Shown here: piece by piece, positions 47,727 to 57,422 of the stretch
How positions within the stretch are numbered: the stretch's first letter is position 1
Layout: each line of letters opens with the position of its first letter
NCBI GenBank assembly: GCA_036510185.1
Contig: DATCEI010000253.1
Location: 1,705-65,704 of the forward strand
DNA length: 64,000 bases
From: Rhizomicrobium sp.
GTDB taxonomy: Bacteria; Pseudomonadota; Alphaproteobacteria; Micropepsales; Micropepsaceae
Reading direction: 5' to 3'
Position numbers and translations under genes: made by a program
Notes under the pieces: generated by a model
Databases searched by the model: none
What the model was told of the DNA's origin: nothing
Seen by the model: the letters and a program-made list of their open reading frames with translations, nothing else

Positions 47727-50700
47727 TTAGTGCGCGGCATCCCAGTTCGCGGCGGCGCGGGCTTCCACAGTCAGCGGCACGGAGAGTTCGAGCGCAGGCA
47801 GCGACGCCTTCTCCATCACTTTGGAAACCACCGCACAGGTTTTCTCCGCTTCTTTTTCGGGGACTTCAAACACCAGTTCGTCATGCACCTGCAAAAGCAT
47901 TTTCGCTTTCAGTTTGTTTTTCGCCAGTGCCTCCGGCACGCGGATCATGGCGCGGCGGATGATGTCGGCGGCGGAGCCTTGAATCGGTGCATTGATCGCA
48001 GCACGCTCCGCGCCGCCGCGATGGCCTTGATGCGACGAACGGATTTCGCGGATATGCACGCGCCGCCCGAACAGCGTTTCGACATAGCCGTGCTCGCGCG
48101 CAAACGCCTTGGTGTTTTCCATATAGTCGCGAATGCCGGGGAATCGTTGAAAATATTTCTTGATGTAATCGTCAGCCTCGCCGCGCGCGATGCTGAGCTG
48201 GTTGGCGAGCCCGAACGCGGAAATGCCGTAGATGATGCCGAAATTGATCGCCTTGGCCTTGCGGCGCACATCCGCGGGCATGCCTTTGACGGGCACGCCG
48301 AAAATTTCGGACGCCGTCATCGCGTGAATATCGGTGCCGTCCGAAAACGCTTGGCGCAACGCCGGAATGTCGGCGATATGCGCCAGCAACCGCAATTCGA
48401 TCTGGCTGTAATCGGCGCTGACGAGAAGCGCGCCTTTGGGTGCCACAAACGCCGTGCGGATACGGCGGCCTTCTTCGGTGCGGATGGGAATGTTCTGCAA
48501 ATTGGGATCGGTGGAGGCAAGCCGCCCGGTCGATGTGGACGCCATCGCAAACGATGTGTGCACGCGATGCGTTTGCGGATTGACGTAAGTGGGAAGCGCG
48601 TCGGTGTAAGTGCCGCGCAGTTTGGCGAGCTGCCGCCAGTCCAGAACCTTGCGCGCGATTTCGTGGCCCTGTGCGGCCACTTCTTCCAGCACATCGACAT
48701 CGGTGGACCATGCACCGGTTTTGGTTTTGCGTCCGCCGGGCAGCGCGAATTTGCCGAACAGGATATCGCCCAATTGCTTGGGAGAACCGATGTTGAATTC
48801 CTGATCCGCGAGTTTGTGAATCTGTTTTTCGAGCTTGGCCTGGCTTTGCGCGAAATCATTGGAAAGCCGCCGCAGCAAATCGGAATCGATGGCGATGCCG
48901 TTGCGTTCCATGTCCACAAGCACGGGCACAAGCGGGCGTTCCAGCGTTTCGTAAACGCTCCTCTTTCCTTCCGCGATCAGGCGCGGTTTCAGCAGCGCAT
49001 GCAGCCGCAGCGTGACATCGGCATCTTCCGCCGAATAGCGCGTGGCTTCTTTAATGGGCACGCAATCGAAAGTGATCTTCTCCTTGCCCTTGCCCGCCAC
49101 TTCCGAAAACGCAATCGGCGTATGGCTTAAATGCATTTGCGATAGTTCGTCCATGCCGTGGCCGTGAAGCGTGGCTTCCAGCACATAGGACATGAGCATC
49201 GTGTCGTCGAAAGGCGTGATGCGAATGCCGCGCTGGAGAAATATGAGATAATCATATTTGAGATTCTGCGCGACCTTCAGCACGGAATCGTCTTCCAGCA
49301 GCGGCTTCAATCGCGCGAGCACATCTTTCTCGGAGAGCTGAGCAACCTTCGCGTGATTGGATAAATCGAGGCCCGCGCCGCCCGTGTGGCCGCAGGGAAT
49401 GTAACAGGCTTCGTTCGGCGCCACTGCCAGCGACACGCCGCAAAGCCCCGCCTGCATCGCATCGAGCGATGTTGTTTCCGTATCGACGCATACAATGCCC
49501 ATCTCTCTCGCGCGCGCGATCCAGTGATCGAGCCGCGCGAGCGTCGTCACGGTTTCGTACGCATCGTGATTGATAGGCTTGAGAATCGCGTCGCGATTGG
49601 CGACCGCGCCGGGCACATTCCCCGCCGCCACCAGCGCATGATCGGCCGCCAATGGCGCAAGCTTTTTCAGCGGCGTGGCGTCGCCCGGTGCCGGCAACGC
49701 GGCCTGCGCGGGATCGGGGGCGGCGGCAATCGCATCCGGATCGGCGATATTGAAATGCGACGCCGCGCGGCGCGTGAGCGTGTTGAACTCCATCGCCTTC
49801 AGAAACGCGATCAGCGTGGCCGGATCGGGATCGCAGGCCAGCATCTCGTCCATCGGGCAGGCGATCTTCGCGTTCGCATCCAGTGTCACGAGCTTCAGCG
49901 AGACGGTCGCGCTTTCAGAAGATTTATTCAGAAGCTCCGAATAGGATGGGGCCTTGGATAAACGGCGAGCTTCCTTGATATCTTGACAAAACTTATTTCC
50001 TGAATTCGCTAAGGAATCCAATATTTCAACATCAATTGTCCATTCGCCTTTTTTGTCCTTCTTTCCACCAGGCAGTTTCCACTTTTCGAATAGAATCGTT
50101 CCTAGCTGCTTGCCTGAATTGAATTTCACTGGCTCGCCAGCAATCTTATCAAGCCGTTTCTGGATTTCCGCGAGTTCAATTTCACATTGCTTCTCGAATT
50201 TTCCCGACGCGGACAATTTCAATAATTGATCGAGCGAGTCTGCCTTTCTAATAAGCCAGGAAGCAGTATCGCCGCCGATGCCGCGCACGCCGGGTACGTT
50301 GTCGGTAGAATCGCCCGCCAGCGCCTGCACCTCCACAACCTTATTGGGCGGCACGCCGAAACGCTCGATCACTTCGGCGGAACCAAGCCGCTTGTTCTTC
50401 ACCGGATCGAACAGCTCGACCTTGCCGTCTTCGACCAGCTGCATCAGATCCTTGTCGGACGACACAATCGTCACGCGCGCGCCAATTTCGCGCGCCATTC
50501 GTGCATAAGTCGCAAGCAGATCGTCGGCCTCGAAGCCGGCCACTTCGGTGCACGCAACGCCGAACGCGCGCGTCGCATCGCGCACCAGCGGGAATTGCGG
50601 AATCAGATCCTCCGGTGGATCGGGACGGTGCGCCTTATATTGCGGATAGATCGCGTTGCGGAACGTGGTTTTACCGGCGTCGAAAATCACCGCCAGATGC

Positions 50701-50906
50701 GTCGGCCGCTCCGGCCCTTTGGAATCTTCCAGAAACTTCCACAGCATGTTGCAGAAGCCCGACACCGCATTGGTCGGCAAGCCATCGGATTTGCGCGTCA
50801 GCGGCGGCAGTGCGTGATAGGCGCGGAACAGATAACCCGAACCGTCCACCAGAGTCAGATGATCGCCCTTGGCGAGCGCGCGGCGCGCGGCTTTCTTGGC
50901 GGTCAA
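47727..50906 (-). CDS. polA: DNA polymerase I carrying an extra thumb-like insert in the 5' nuclease domain
   Basis: [26 protein letters not shown]; Exo DTETT, NLKYD, YSAEDA; [24 protein letters not shown]; TTG start overlaps the upstream TGA. Confidence 0.95.
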   Translation of the reverse strand: MTAKKAARRALAKGDHLTLVDGSGYLFRAYHALPPLTRKSDGLPTNAVSGFCNMLWKFLEDSKGPERPTHLAVIFDAGKTTFRNAIYPQYKAHRPDPPEDLIPQFPLVRDATRAFGVACTEVAGFEADDLLATYARMAREIGARVTIVSSDKDLMQLVEDGKVELFDPVKNKRLGSAEVIERFGVPPNKVVEVQALAGDSTDNVPGVRGIGGDTASWLIRKADSLDQLLKLSASGKFEKQCEIELAEIQKRLDKIAGEPVKFNSGKQLGTILFEKWKLPGGKKDKKGEWTIDVEILDSLANSGNKFCQDIKEARRLSKAPSYSELLNKSSESATVSLKLVTLDANAKIACPMDEMLACDPDPATLIAFLKAMEFNTLTRRAASHFNIADPDAIAAAPDPAQAALPAPGDATPLKKLAPLAADHALVAAGNVPGAVANRDAILKPINHDAYETVTTLARLDHWIARAREMGIVCVDTETTSLDAMQAGLCGVSLAVAPNEACYIPCGHTGGAGLDLSNHAKVAQLSEKDVLARLKPLLEDDSVLKVAQNLKYDYLIFLQRGIRITPFDDTMLMSYVLEATLHGHGMDELSQMHLSHTPIAFSEVAGKGKEKITFDCVPIKEATRYSAEDADVTLRLHALLKPRLIAEGKRSVYETLERPLVPVLVDMERNGIAIDSDLLRRLSNDFAQSQAKLEKQIHKLADQEFNIGSPKQLGDILFGKFALPGGRKTKTGAWSTDVDVLEEVAAQGHEIARKVLDWRQLAKLRGTYTDALPTYVNPQTHRVHTSFAMASTSTGRLASTDPNLQNIPIRTEEGRRIRTAFVAPKGALLVSADYSQIELRLLAHIADIPALRQAFSDGTDIHAMTASEIFGVPVKGMPADVRRKAKAINFGIIYGISAFGLANQLSIARGEADDYIKKYFQRFPGIRDYMENTKAFAREHGYVETLFGRRVHIREIRSSHQGHRGGAERAAINAPIQGSAADIIRRAMIRVPEALAKNKLKAKMLLQVHDELVFEVPEKEAEKTCAVVSKVMEKASLPALELSVPLTVEARAAANWDAAH

Positions 50907-51097
50907 TGCGCGTGTGCCCCATCGCGCAGCACAAAGCGCCGGTCGCAATAGCCGCAATCGACAAAACGCTCATCGCCCATTTCGAGATAGACGCGCGGAT
51001 GGCCGAGCGCGCCGCCGCCGTCGCAGGCAACCCGCGTGGAGTCCACGATGACAACCTCCGGCGGTTCGCGGTTGAGAGGGGCGGCGGTATCGGACAT
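50903..51097 (-). CDS. zf-CHCC zinc-finger protein
   Basis: CDGG..LGHPRVY..CGYC. Confidence 0.88.
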   Translation of the reverse strand: MSDTAAPLNREPPEVVIVDSTRVACDGGGALGHPRVYLEMGDERFVDCGYCDRRFVLRDGAHAH

Positions 51098-51126
51098 GGC
51101 GTTCTCTTTTGGTTTCGGCGCGCCGG

Positions 51127-51154
51127 ATCATAGCGGGCGAAATCGCGGCTGCAA
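51127..51154 (-). promoter_or_regulatory. Sigma70-like promoter for the zf-CHCC/polA unit
   Basis: Minus strand TTGCAG-N16-TATGAT. Confidence 0.4.
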
Positions 51155-51219
51155 CTGCAAGATTTTTGGGTGTGGAAAATCAAGCCGCTAGGGGTCAGGT
51201 GCGCAACGCTGCTGCCCAT

Positions 51220-51251
51220 AAAAAATGGGCGGCGGAGTGCATCCGCCGCCC
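51220..51251 (-). terminator. Intrinsic terminator after cassette 2
   Basis: Minus strand GGGCGGCGGA-5nt-TCCGCCGCCC followed by ATTTTTT. Confidence 0.8.
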
Positions 51252-51292
51252 GAAGTGTGGGGAATCAAGAATTTTCGTTGATCGCCGCGCAG

Positions 51293-54200
51293 CTACCAGT
51301 TCTTCGTGATGCGTAGGCCGAACAAACGCGGATCGGTGGTGAAGACATTGGTCGTCAGCCCCGTGTCGTCCGTGTTGAGGAACGCGCCGGTGATGGCCGT
51401 CGTGTTGAACACGTTCTTCATATAGGCCATCGCCTGCCAGCCTTCCTGATTGGTGAACACCAGCGACAGGTTAAGGTTGGCGTAGCCGTGAAGCTGATCG
51501 TAAGGCTTGTCATTGAACACGCGCGCAAAGGAATTGCCCTGCCAGTAGCCGTCCGCGCGCGCCGTTGTCGCCCAATCGTCGCTGAGCGGCATTGTATATT
51601 GCGCGCCCGTTGAAAGCGTGAAGGGCGGCGTGTTGGGAAGCTGGTTGCCGCTGAGATCCTTGTCGAAACCCGCGCCACCGTTCGGCGCCGTCGTGGGATC
51701 GAAGCCCGTGACGATGCCCGCCGCATCGCCCGGATCTTCGCCGAACGAATAGGTATCAAGACAAATGCGCGACAGGACCGAATTGCCGTCGCCGTAATAC
51801 ATCAAATCGTTCTGTGCCACGCTGGCAGGAACTGAATTGCTGCCGCCATTTTGAGCCCGGAACGCCGAGATGTCTTCATTGATCACATAGGTCGGAATGA
51901 TGCAGTTCGATGTTTGCGTGACAAAGGGCTTGACGACCATCCAGTCGGAATGACCGGCGGTACGATCCATCAGGTCGATGGCTTTCGAGCCCTTATCGAG
52001 CGTGGCGTTTTCGTAACCGCCGGCGAAATTGAATCGCAACCCTGCAACCGGTTCCCAGGTGGCTTCCAGCTCGGCGCCTTTGACGGTCGCATTGAAGTTC
52101 AGATTGACCGACGTGCGATCGACGATCTGGGAAATCTGATAGTTCTGATATTTGTAATAGAAAACATCGCCGTTCAACGTCATCGCACCGTCAAGCAATG
52201 TGTTTTTGGTTCCCACCTCGAAAGCGTCCACGAATTCCGGCTTGAACGTCAGCGGGTGGGTTTCATTGCTGGGCGATTCGAGGATGGTCGGAATTACACC
52301 CGGCGGATTGGCGCCGCCGCCCTTATAGCCGCGCGAATACGAACCGTAGAACAGTGACTGATCGGTGAAGTCGAGCTTGGGCGTCCAATTGGCAACGAAG
52401 CGGCCCGTCAATTCCTTCCATTGCTGATCGACGATTCCGGTGACCGGATAGCCCTCGCCTTCGAAGACGGTCCAGCTTGGAATCTCGGTGAAGCTTTTCT
52501 GGTCATCCGTCCAGCGCAAACCCGCGGTGAGTTTCACGTCCGGCATCACCTGATAATAGACCTCGCCGAAACCTGCCCATGAATGCAGCCGGTAGGGATT
52601 CTCGCTGCGGAAATAATTGTGGCCCTGGCCATCGATCTGGCTGAGCGGATGAGGGTCGATATAGGCGCAACCCAGACCGAGCGAACTCAGCGTGGAGGGA
52701 TCGGCCGGCTGCGGACCGCACGCATTGGCGATAGCCCCGTCAAAAGGCACGAGAGGAAGAACGGGGGTTCCGTTCCAATCCAGAGTGAGCAACGTCGCCG
52801 CGTTGAAGAACACATAATAGTCTTCAATCGTGTGGTATTGCATGTAGGACGCGCCGGCACTGAAATTCAGCGGTCCGTCGAAATTCGAGGCCAGCCGCAC
52901 TTCCTGATAGAATTGCTCGGCATGTTCCTGGGACACGTCCTCGCCGAGGATCCGGTCCGCGCAGCCCAATTGCGGATCGCACATGGTGCCATTGTTTGTA
53001 TCGGTAAAAGTGCCGTCCTCAAAAGCACCCGACACCGTATTGAAGCGATTGTAATCTTCGGTGGAGTAGAGGAAGTCCTTATTATAGCCCGTCTGCGACG
53101 TCAGGGTGAGAGACGGCGTGAGCGCGTAATTCGCATTGAATTCCAGCGTGTCGTTCTTGGCGCGATAGCTGGGCTCCAGCGCAGAGCCGATCACGCGCAA
53201 ATTTTGCGATTGCTGGACGCCGCCATAGGGATCGAAGCCGGGCGGCATAAGACCGAACACATATTCGTCCACCGCGATGAACGGAATCGCACCCGCATTG
53301 GGGGCCTGATAGGCCGAAGGCGCATAAAGCGAACCTTGCACACAGCCCTGGCTGGTCCATGCGCGGCCGCTGGAGTCGATATTGGTTACAAGGCCAGCCG
53401 GGCCGTCGATGGAGGAACGTCCGGGGTCGGTTGTACAAAGCGCCTTGCCGCTGCGCAGCCGGTCGTCGTTCTCGTTGAAATGTTCCCAGACAAGCGTGGC
53501 TTCCAGTTTCTCGAATGGCCTGAACTCGACAGATACGCGCCCCGACCACAGATCGCGGCCATCGACGGGTTGGGCCAGCGTGGAGTCGTAGGTGTAGCCG
53601 TCGCGCTTGGTCCATTCACCCGCGACGCGAAGATCGAGCTTGTCGCCTATAATGGGAATGTTCACCATGCCCTCAAGACGGCGGTTGTTGTAATTGCCGA
53701 CATCGATCGAAGCCATCGCCTCATATTGATCGGTGGGCTTTGCCGAAACCATGTTGACGACACCCGCGGTCGCGTTGCGGCCGTAGAGCGTGCCTTGCGG
53801 GCCGCGCAAAACCTCAACCTGTGAAACGTCGTAGAATTCCTGCTCGAAGAAATGATTGCGCAGAAACGGAATGTCGTTGAAGGCAACCGCGACAGCCGGA
53901 TCGGTGGTGACCGAAATCGCTTGAGTGCCGATGCCGCGTATCTGGATATTGTAGCCGGTGAAGTTCGTTTTCGAGAACGTCAGGTTCGGAACGGTTTTCA
54001 CCAGATCGGGGCCGCCCGCGGTTTGCGTGGCGGTCAATTGCTCCTGGCTCATGGCCGTGATCGAGATCGGGATGTTCTGCACATCGCCACCGATTTTCGA
54101 CGACGTCACCGTCACCGTTTCCAGAGACGAACCGACTGCGGTCGGCGCGGAATTGGCGGCGGTTTCACGCGTGCGCGCCAATTCATCCGCCGCATCGTTC

Positions 54201-54505
54201 AGCGCGCGCTCGTCGCGCACGATTGCGATGCCGCCAGACGAGACGTGACGCATGCTGAAGCCCGTGCCCGCCAGAATGCGCAACAGTGCATCGTTGGACG
54301 ACAATTCGCCTTTCACGCCTTTGGTATGCGCGCCCTTCACGGCGTCGCCCGCCACCATCAGGTCTATGCCCGTCAGCTTGGTGTAGGAATTGAGCGCCGC
54401 CGCCAGATCGCCGCCCGGAATATCGAAACTCTCTGCAAAGGCCGCCGAAGACGCGATCAGCGCGCTTGCGGCGAGCAGGCCTTTCAGGAATGAGAAGTTT
54501 GGCAT
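51293..54505 (-). CDS. TonB-dependent transducer with STN domain (cassette 2)
   Basis: FDIPGG.L..AL, ETVTVTSSK, EVLRGPQGTLYGRNATAG, ends ITKNW. Confidence 0.93.
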   Translation of the reverse strand: MPNFSFLKGLLAASALIASSAAFAESFDIPGGDLAAALNSYTKLTGIDLMVAGDAVKGAHTKGVKGELSSNDALLRILAGTGFSMRHVSSGGIAIVRDERALNDAADELARTRETAANSAPTAVGSSLETVTVTSSKIGGDVQNIPISITAMSQEQLTATQTAGGPDLVKTVPNLTFSKTNFTGYNIQIRGIGTQAISVTTDPAVAVAFNDIPFLRNHFFEQEFYDVSQVEVLRGPQGTLYGRNATAGVVNMVSAKPTDQYEAMASIDVGNYNNRRLEGMVNIPIIGDKLDLRVAGEWTKRDGYTYDSTLAQPVDGRDLWSGRVSVEFRPFEKLEATLVWEHFNENDDRLRSGKALCTTDPGRSSIDGPAGLVTNIDSSGRAWTSQGCVQGSLYAPSAYQAPNAGAIPFIAVDEYVFGLMPPGFDPYGGVQQSQNLRVIGSALEPSYRAKNDTLEFNANYALTPSLTLTSQTGYNKDFLYSTEDYNRFNTVSGAFEDGTFTDTNNGTMCDPQLGCADRILGEDVSQEHAEQFYQEVRLASNFDGPLNFSAGASYMQYHTIEDYYVFFNAATLLTLDWNGTPVLPLVPFDGAIANACGPQPADPSTLSSLGLGCAYIDPHPLSQIDGQGHNYFRSENPYRLHSWAGFGEVYYQVMPDVKLTAGLRWTDDQKSFTEIPSWTVFEGEGYPVTGIVDQQWKELTGRFVANWTPKLDFTDQSLFYGSYSRGYKGGGANPPGVIPTILESPSNETHPLTFKPEFVDAFEVGTKNTLLDGAMTLNGDVFYYKYQNYQISQIVDRTSVNLNFNATVKGAELEATWEPVAGLRFNFAGGYENATLDKGSKAIDLMDRTAGHSDWMVVKPFVTQTSNCIIPTYVINEDISAFRAQNGGSNSVPASVAQNDLMYYGDGNSVLSRICLDTYSFGEDPGDAAGIVTGFDPTTAPNGGAGFDKDLSGNQLPNTPPFTLSTGAQYTMPLSDDWATTARADGYWQGNSFARVFNDKPYDQLHGYANLNLSLVFTNQEGWQAMAYMKNVFNTTAITGAFLNTDDTGLTTNVFTTDPRLFGLRITKNW

Positions 54506-54540
54506 TTGTCCCCCTGACAATGAATTTGTTTCATGTTTCC

Positions 54541-55488
54541 TCAACGCGAGATGACAATCTCGTCGCCGTTTTTTTCGACACGTACCCTGAAAATTTCCTG
54601 CGCCAGCCCGGTGAACGCCGCCACATCATTGTCGCGGAACGTGCCCACAATGGTCAGACGCGCCGCCGCATTGTCGGCGACCACAAGTTTTTCGCGATTG
54701 TAGCGGTTGAATTCGCTCGCCGCTTCCGCAAGCGTTGCGTATTTGAAGACGAGCACGCCGCGCCGCCAGCCAAGCTCATTGGCAATTGCCAGCGTGGATT
54801 TGCGCGCCACGGACATCGCATCGGCCGTGGCAATGGCGACATCGCCGGGCGCCAGCAGCGCCGAATGCGGCTGCATCCAGGCATCGGCCGCATCGAGCCG
54901 AACCTTGCCTTTCATCAACGCGACTTCAAGGCGCCCTTCGCCTTCACGCACAAGAAATTCAGTGCCGAGGTCGGTCAGCCGATGTCCCGCCGCCATCACC
55001 GTAAAGGGGTGGGCGGCATCGTGTTTGATCTGAAAATAGGCTTCGCCCTTGTCGAGCCAGGCCTGTCTCTGCGCGCCATTGTTCAGCACACGCAGAACGC
55101 TGTCCGTGTTCAGTTCGATCTGCGAACCGTCGGCCATCGCGATGGTGCGATGCTCGCCGATGGCGGTCGCATAAACCTGCTCACGCGGACGCGAGAGATA
55201 AAATGCAGTCGCCGTGCTTACAACCGCAACGGTAATCAGCGCCGCAACGGTTCTTTTGAAAACAGCGCTCGCAAACCACCCCGCACGTTCCACCGGCGGT
55301 GAACCGCGCAGCGCGGTGAGCCTGTCGGCACGTTCCCAAATGTCATGCACGCGCAGATAGGCCACCAAATTTGCGGGCGATTGTGCCAGCCACGCATCGA
55401 GCGCGGCTTGATCAGCCTCGTTCCAGTCCTCGCGTTCGCGGCGTTCCAGCCACTCCGCCGCGCGGGTGCGAATTTCGGCGGCGCTCAA
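54541..55488 (-). CDS. FecR family anti-sigma factor (cassette 2)
   Basis: AAEW, ADGSQIELNTD, GEAYF..HD..HPF, FNRYN. Confidence 0.93.
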   Translation of the reverse strand: MSAAEIRTRAAEWLERREREDWNEADQAALDAWLAQSPANLVAYLRVHDIWERADRLTALRGSPPVERAGWFASAVFKRTVAALITVAVVSTATAFYLSRPREQVYATAIGEHRTIAMADGSQIELNTDSVLRVLNNGAQRQAWLDKGEAYFQIKHDAAHPFTVMAAGHRLTDLGTEFLVREGEGRLEVALMKGKVRLDAADAWMQPHSALLAPGDVAIATADAMSVARKSTLAIANELGWRRGVLVFKYATLAEAASEFNRYNREKLVVADNAAARLTIVGTFRDNDVAAFTGLAQEIFRVRVEKNGDEIVISR

Positions 55489-56063
55489 ATCTCGCTCCCG
55501 TGGAAAATATCGGCAAGGGCTGCCATTCCAGCCGCCAGATGCTGCGAGACGGTCGCCTCCGCAATGCCCAGACGTGCTGCAATCTCAGGGCGCGACAGGC
55601 CCTCGACCTTCTTCATCACCACCGCGTCGCGCCAGCGGTGTGGCAGGCGATTGAGCGCGGTCTGGAGCAGATGCAATTCCTGACGTGCCATGGCGCTGCG
55701 GTCCGGCCCCGGTTCGTCGAGCGCAATGCCCAGCGTGTCGGGATCGGCCACCGCCTCGATTGACACCACATGCTCGCGCCGCATGCGATTGATCAGCAGA
55801 TTGCGCGCCACCGCGAACACAAACGGCTTCGCCGGCACGGGAATTTCCTTGGCAGCCGCCTGATAGACCAGCACGTAAACGTCGTGGCAAAGGTCTTCGA
55901 GATCGCGATCCTTGCGCCACCCGCGGCGCAAAAACCGCATCAGCGAGGCTTCAAGCGGCAACACCTCGCGCATGAACCAGAGATTGACGGCCGAGCCCAA
56001 GGCGCCCGCGCCCGCCTGATGCGGGTTCGCGTTTTCGCGGCTTGTATCCGGGCTTTCGGCCAT
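55485..56063 (-). CDS. FecI-like ECF sigma factor (cassette 2)
   Basis: WFMREVLPLE, ARNLLINR, GLSRPEIAARLG. Confidence 0.92.
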   Translation of the reverse strand: MAESPDTSRENANPHQAGAGALGSAVNLWFMREVLPLEASLMRFLRRGWRKDRDLEDLCHDVYVLVYQAAAKEIPVPAKPFVFAVARNLLINRMRREHVVSIEAVADPDTLGIALDEPGPDRSAMARQELHLLQTALNRLPHRWRDAVVMKKVEGLSRPEIAARLGIAEATVSQHLAAGMAALADIFHGSEI

Positions 56064-56245
56064 CCCCATCCCGCCTTTCGAGGGCAAGAGCTTACGCTCG
56101 TGTCAGCTAAAACAAACGAGCGCGGGGAATTTATGTAGCGGGACGGTGAAAAACCGAATCTGAACCGCATCCCGCAACAATGTTGCGGGGCGGGCACATT
56201 GGCGGAAATAGGCGGCGGCTTCTCAGCACGCCGCTCTGAATGGAA

Positions 56246-57412
56246 CTATCCTCCTATACCGACGCTGATCGTCGCGAACGGTCCATAGAAGCCGACGTTC
56301 TCTCTCTTCGCCGTATCGATACCGCCATCCATTGCACCGAAGAAGAAATCGGCGCGATAGCCGGCACTGAGTTTGGCGTCGGAATAGCGGAACGAAAGTC
56401 CCGCGAACCCGCCCGCGTTGGGCACGGCGACCGAGCGATCGGTGTTATGACCGGCGGCCGGATGCACATAGGCGATGTGATATCCGCTGATTTGCAATAC
56501 AAAATACGGAGTTACATAGTGAGCGGATTCCTGATGCTGCACGCGCGCTTTCTGCCTTCCGAAGAGCAGCGCCGCGTTAGCGCCCCAATCCAATGTCACT
56601 TCACCGTTTTGCGGATTACCTGCAACAGGCACCGAGCCATTCCATGAAAGAGAGGGGCCTATTCCATGAAAGCTGCGCGATGCGTGGCCCGTGGCATGAT
56701 AGGTGTGAAAGTATGGTGCATTTATGCCCACATGATAGCTGGGAATCGCGTAGTATTTGAAATACACATTCGGCCTCGCTCTGACGTCGAACGTCGCTTT
56801 GGACGAAAACTGCGCAAATCGCACGCCGAGACTGAACGTGGACGAACCGTCGTTCCCAAACATACCCAAACCCACATCCTTGCCTGCCATGAAATCGAGG
56901 ACAGCGTGGCTTTCCTTATGGCTGACTTGCGTGTCTGCAAATTTATCTATGCCGCGCGGGTTTTGACCAGGTCTGGGCGCGCCAGATACATAATTGACGT
57001 AGAAAATTCGATTCGTTTGGTGATCGACGTCCTTGGAATTGCTCGTACGGCCATAGGCGGCAGCGGCGAAGAATACCCAATTCGAACCCTCCGGCTGGAC
57101 TGAAATTTTGCCCCCCTCCGAAAAACTGAACGGAGGTGGATTCTGCGCCTGGAAAGGCGTCGGCGACTGCAAAACGGAAGACGTCGGATTTGCTGCCTGG
57201 AAAGCGACCGGAAAATTGTCTCCCTGGCCGCCTACGTGTTCCATCGCGCCGCCGAGTTCTATCCAAACCGTAGGGCGATCAGCATCCTGATCCTCGGCTT
57301 TGGCTTCGTTCGCCCCGTAAACTGCAGCAAGCAACGCCACAACTGACACGGTGGTCAGCAATTGCCACCGGAAATCCCGATTGCTTTTCCGCGCACTCAT
57401 CAATTCGCTCAT
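56246..57412 (-). CDS. Uncharacterised exported, probable outer-membrane beta-barrel protein (cassette 3)
   Basis: Paralog of 36032-37189: DRP.VWIELGG, DF.AGKDVGLGMFG, GYRAD.FFGAMDGGID, ENVGFYGPFA. Confidence 0.7.
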   Translation of the reverse strand: MSELMSARKSNRDFRWQLLTTVSVVALLAAVYGANEAKAEDQDADRPTVWIELGGAMEHVGGQGDNFPVAFQAANPTSSVLQSPTPFQAQNPPPFSFSEGGKISVQPEGSNWVFFAAAAYGRTSNSKDVDHQTNRIFYVNYVSGAPRPGQNPRGIDKFADTQVSHKESHAVLDFMAGKDVGLGMFGNDGSSTFSLGVRFAQFSSKATFDVRARPNVYFKYYAIPSYHVGINAPYFHTYHATGHASRSFHGIGPSLSWNGSVPVAGNPQNGEVTLDWGANAALLFGRQKARVQHQESAHYVTPYFVLQISGYHIAYVHPAAGHNTDRSVAVPNAGGFAGLSFRYSDAKLSAGYRADFFFGAMDGGIDTAKRENVGFYGPFATISVGIGG

Positions 57413-57422
57413 TAGTTTCTCC

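Noticed and set aside
49912-50275. polA insert as an intein or intron
   Set aside because: No N-terminal Cys/Ser block, no His-Asn followed by Cys/Ser/Thr, no homing endonuclease motif; the sequence matches a thumb subdomain instead
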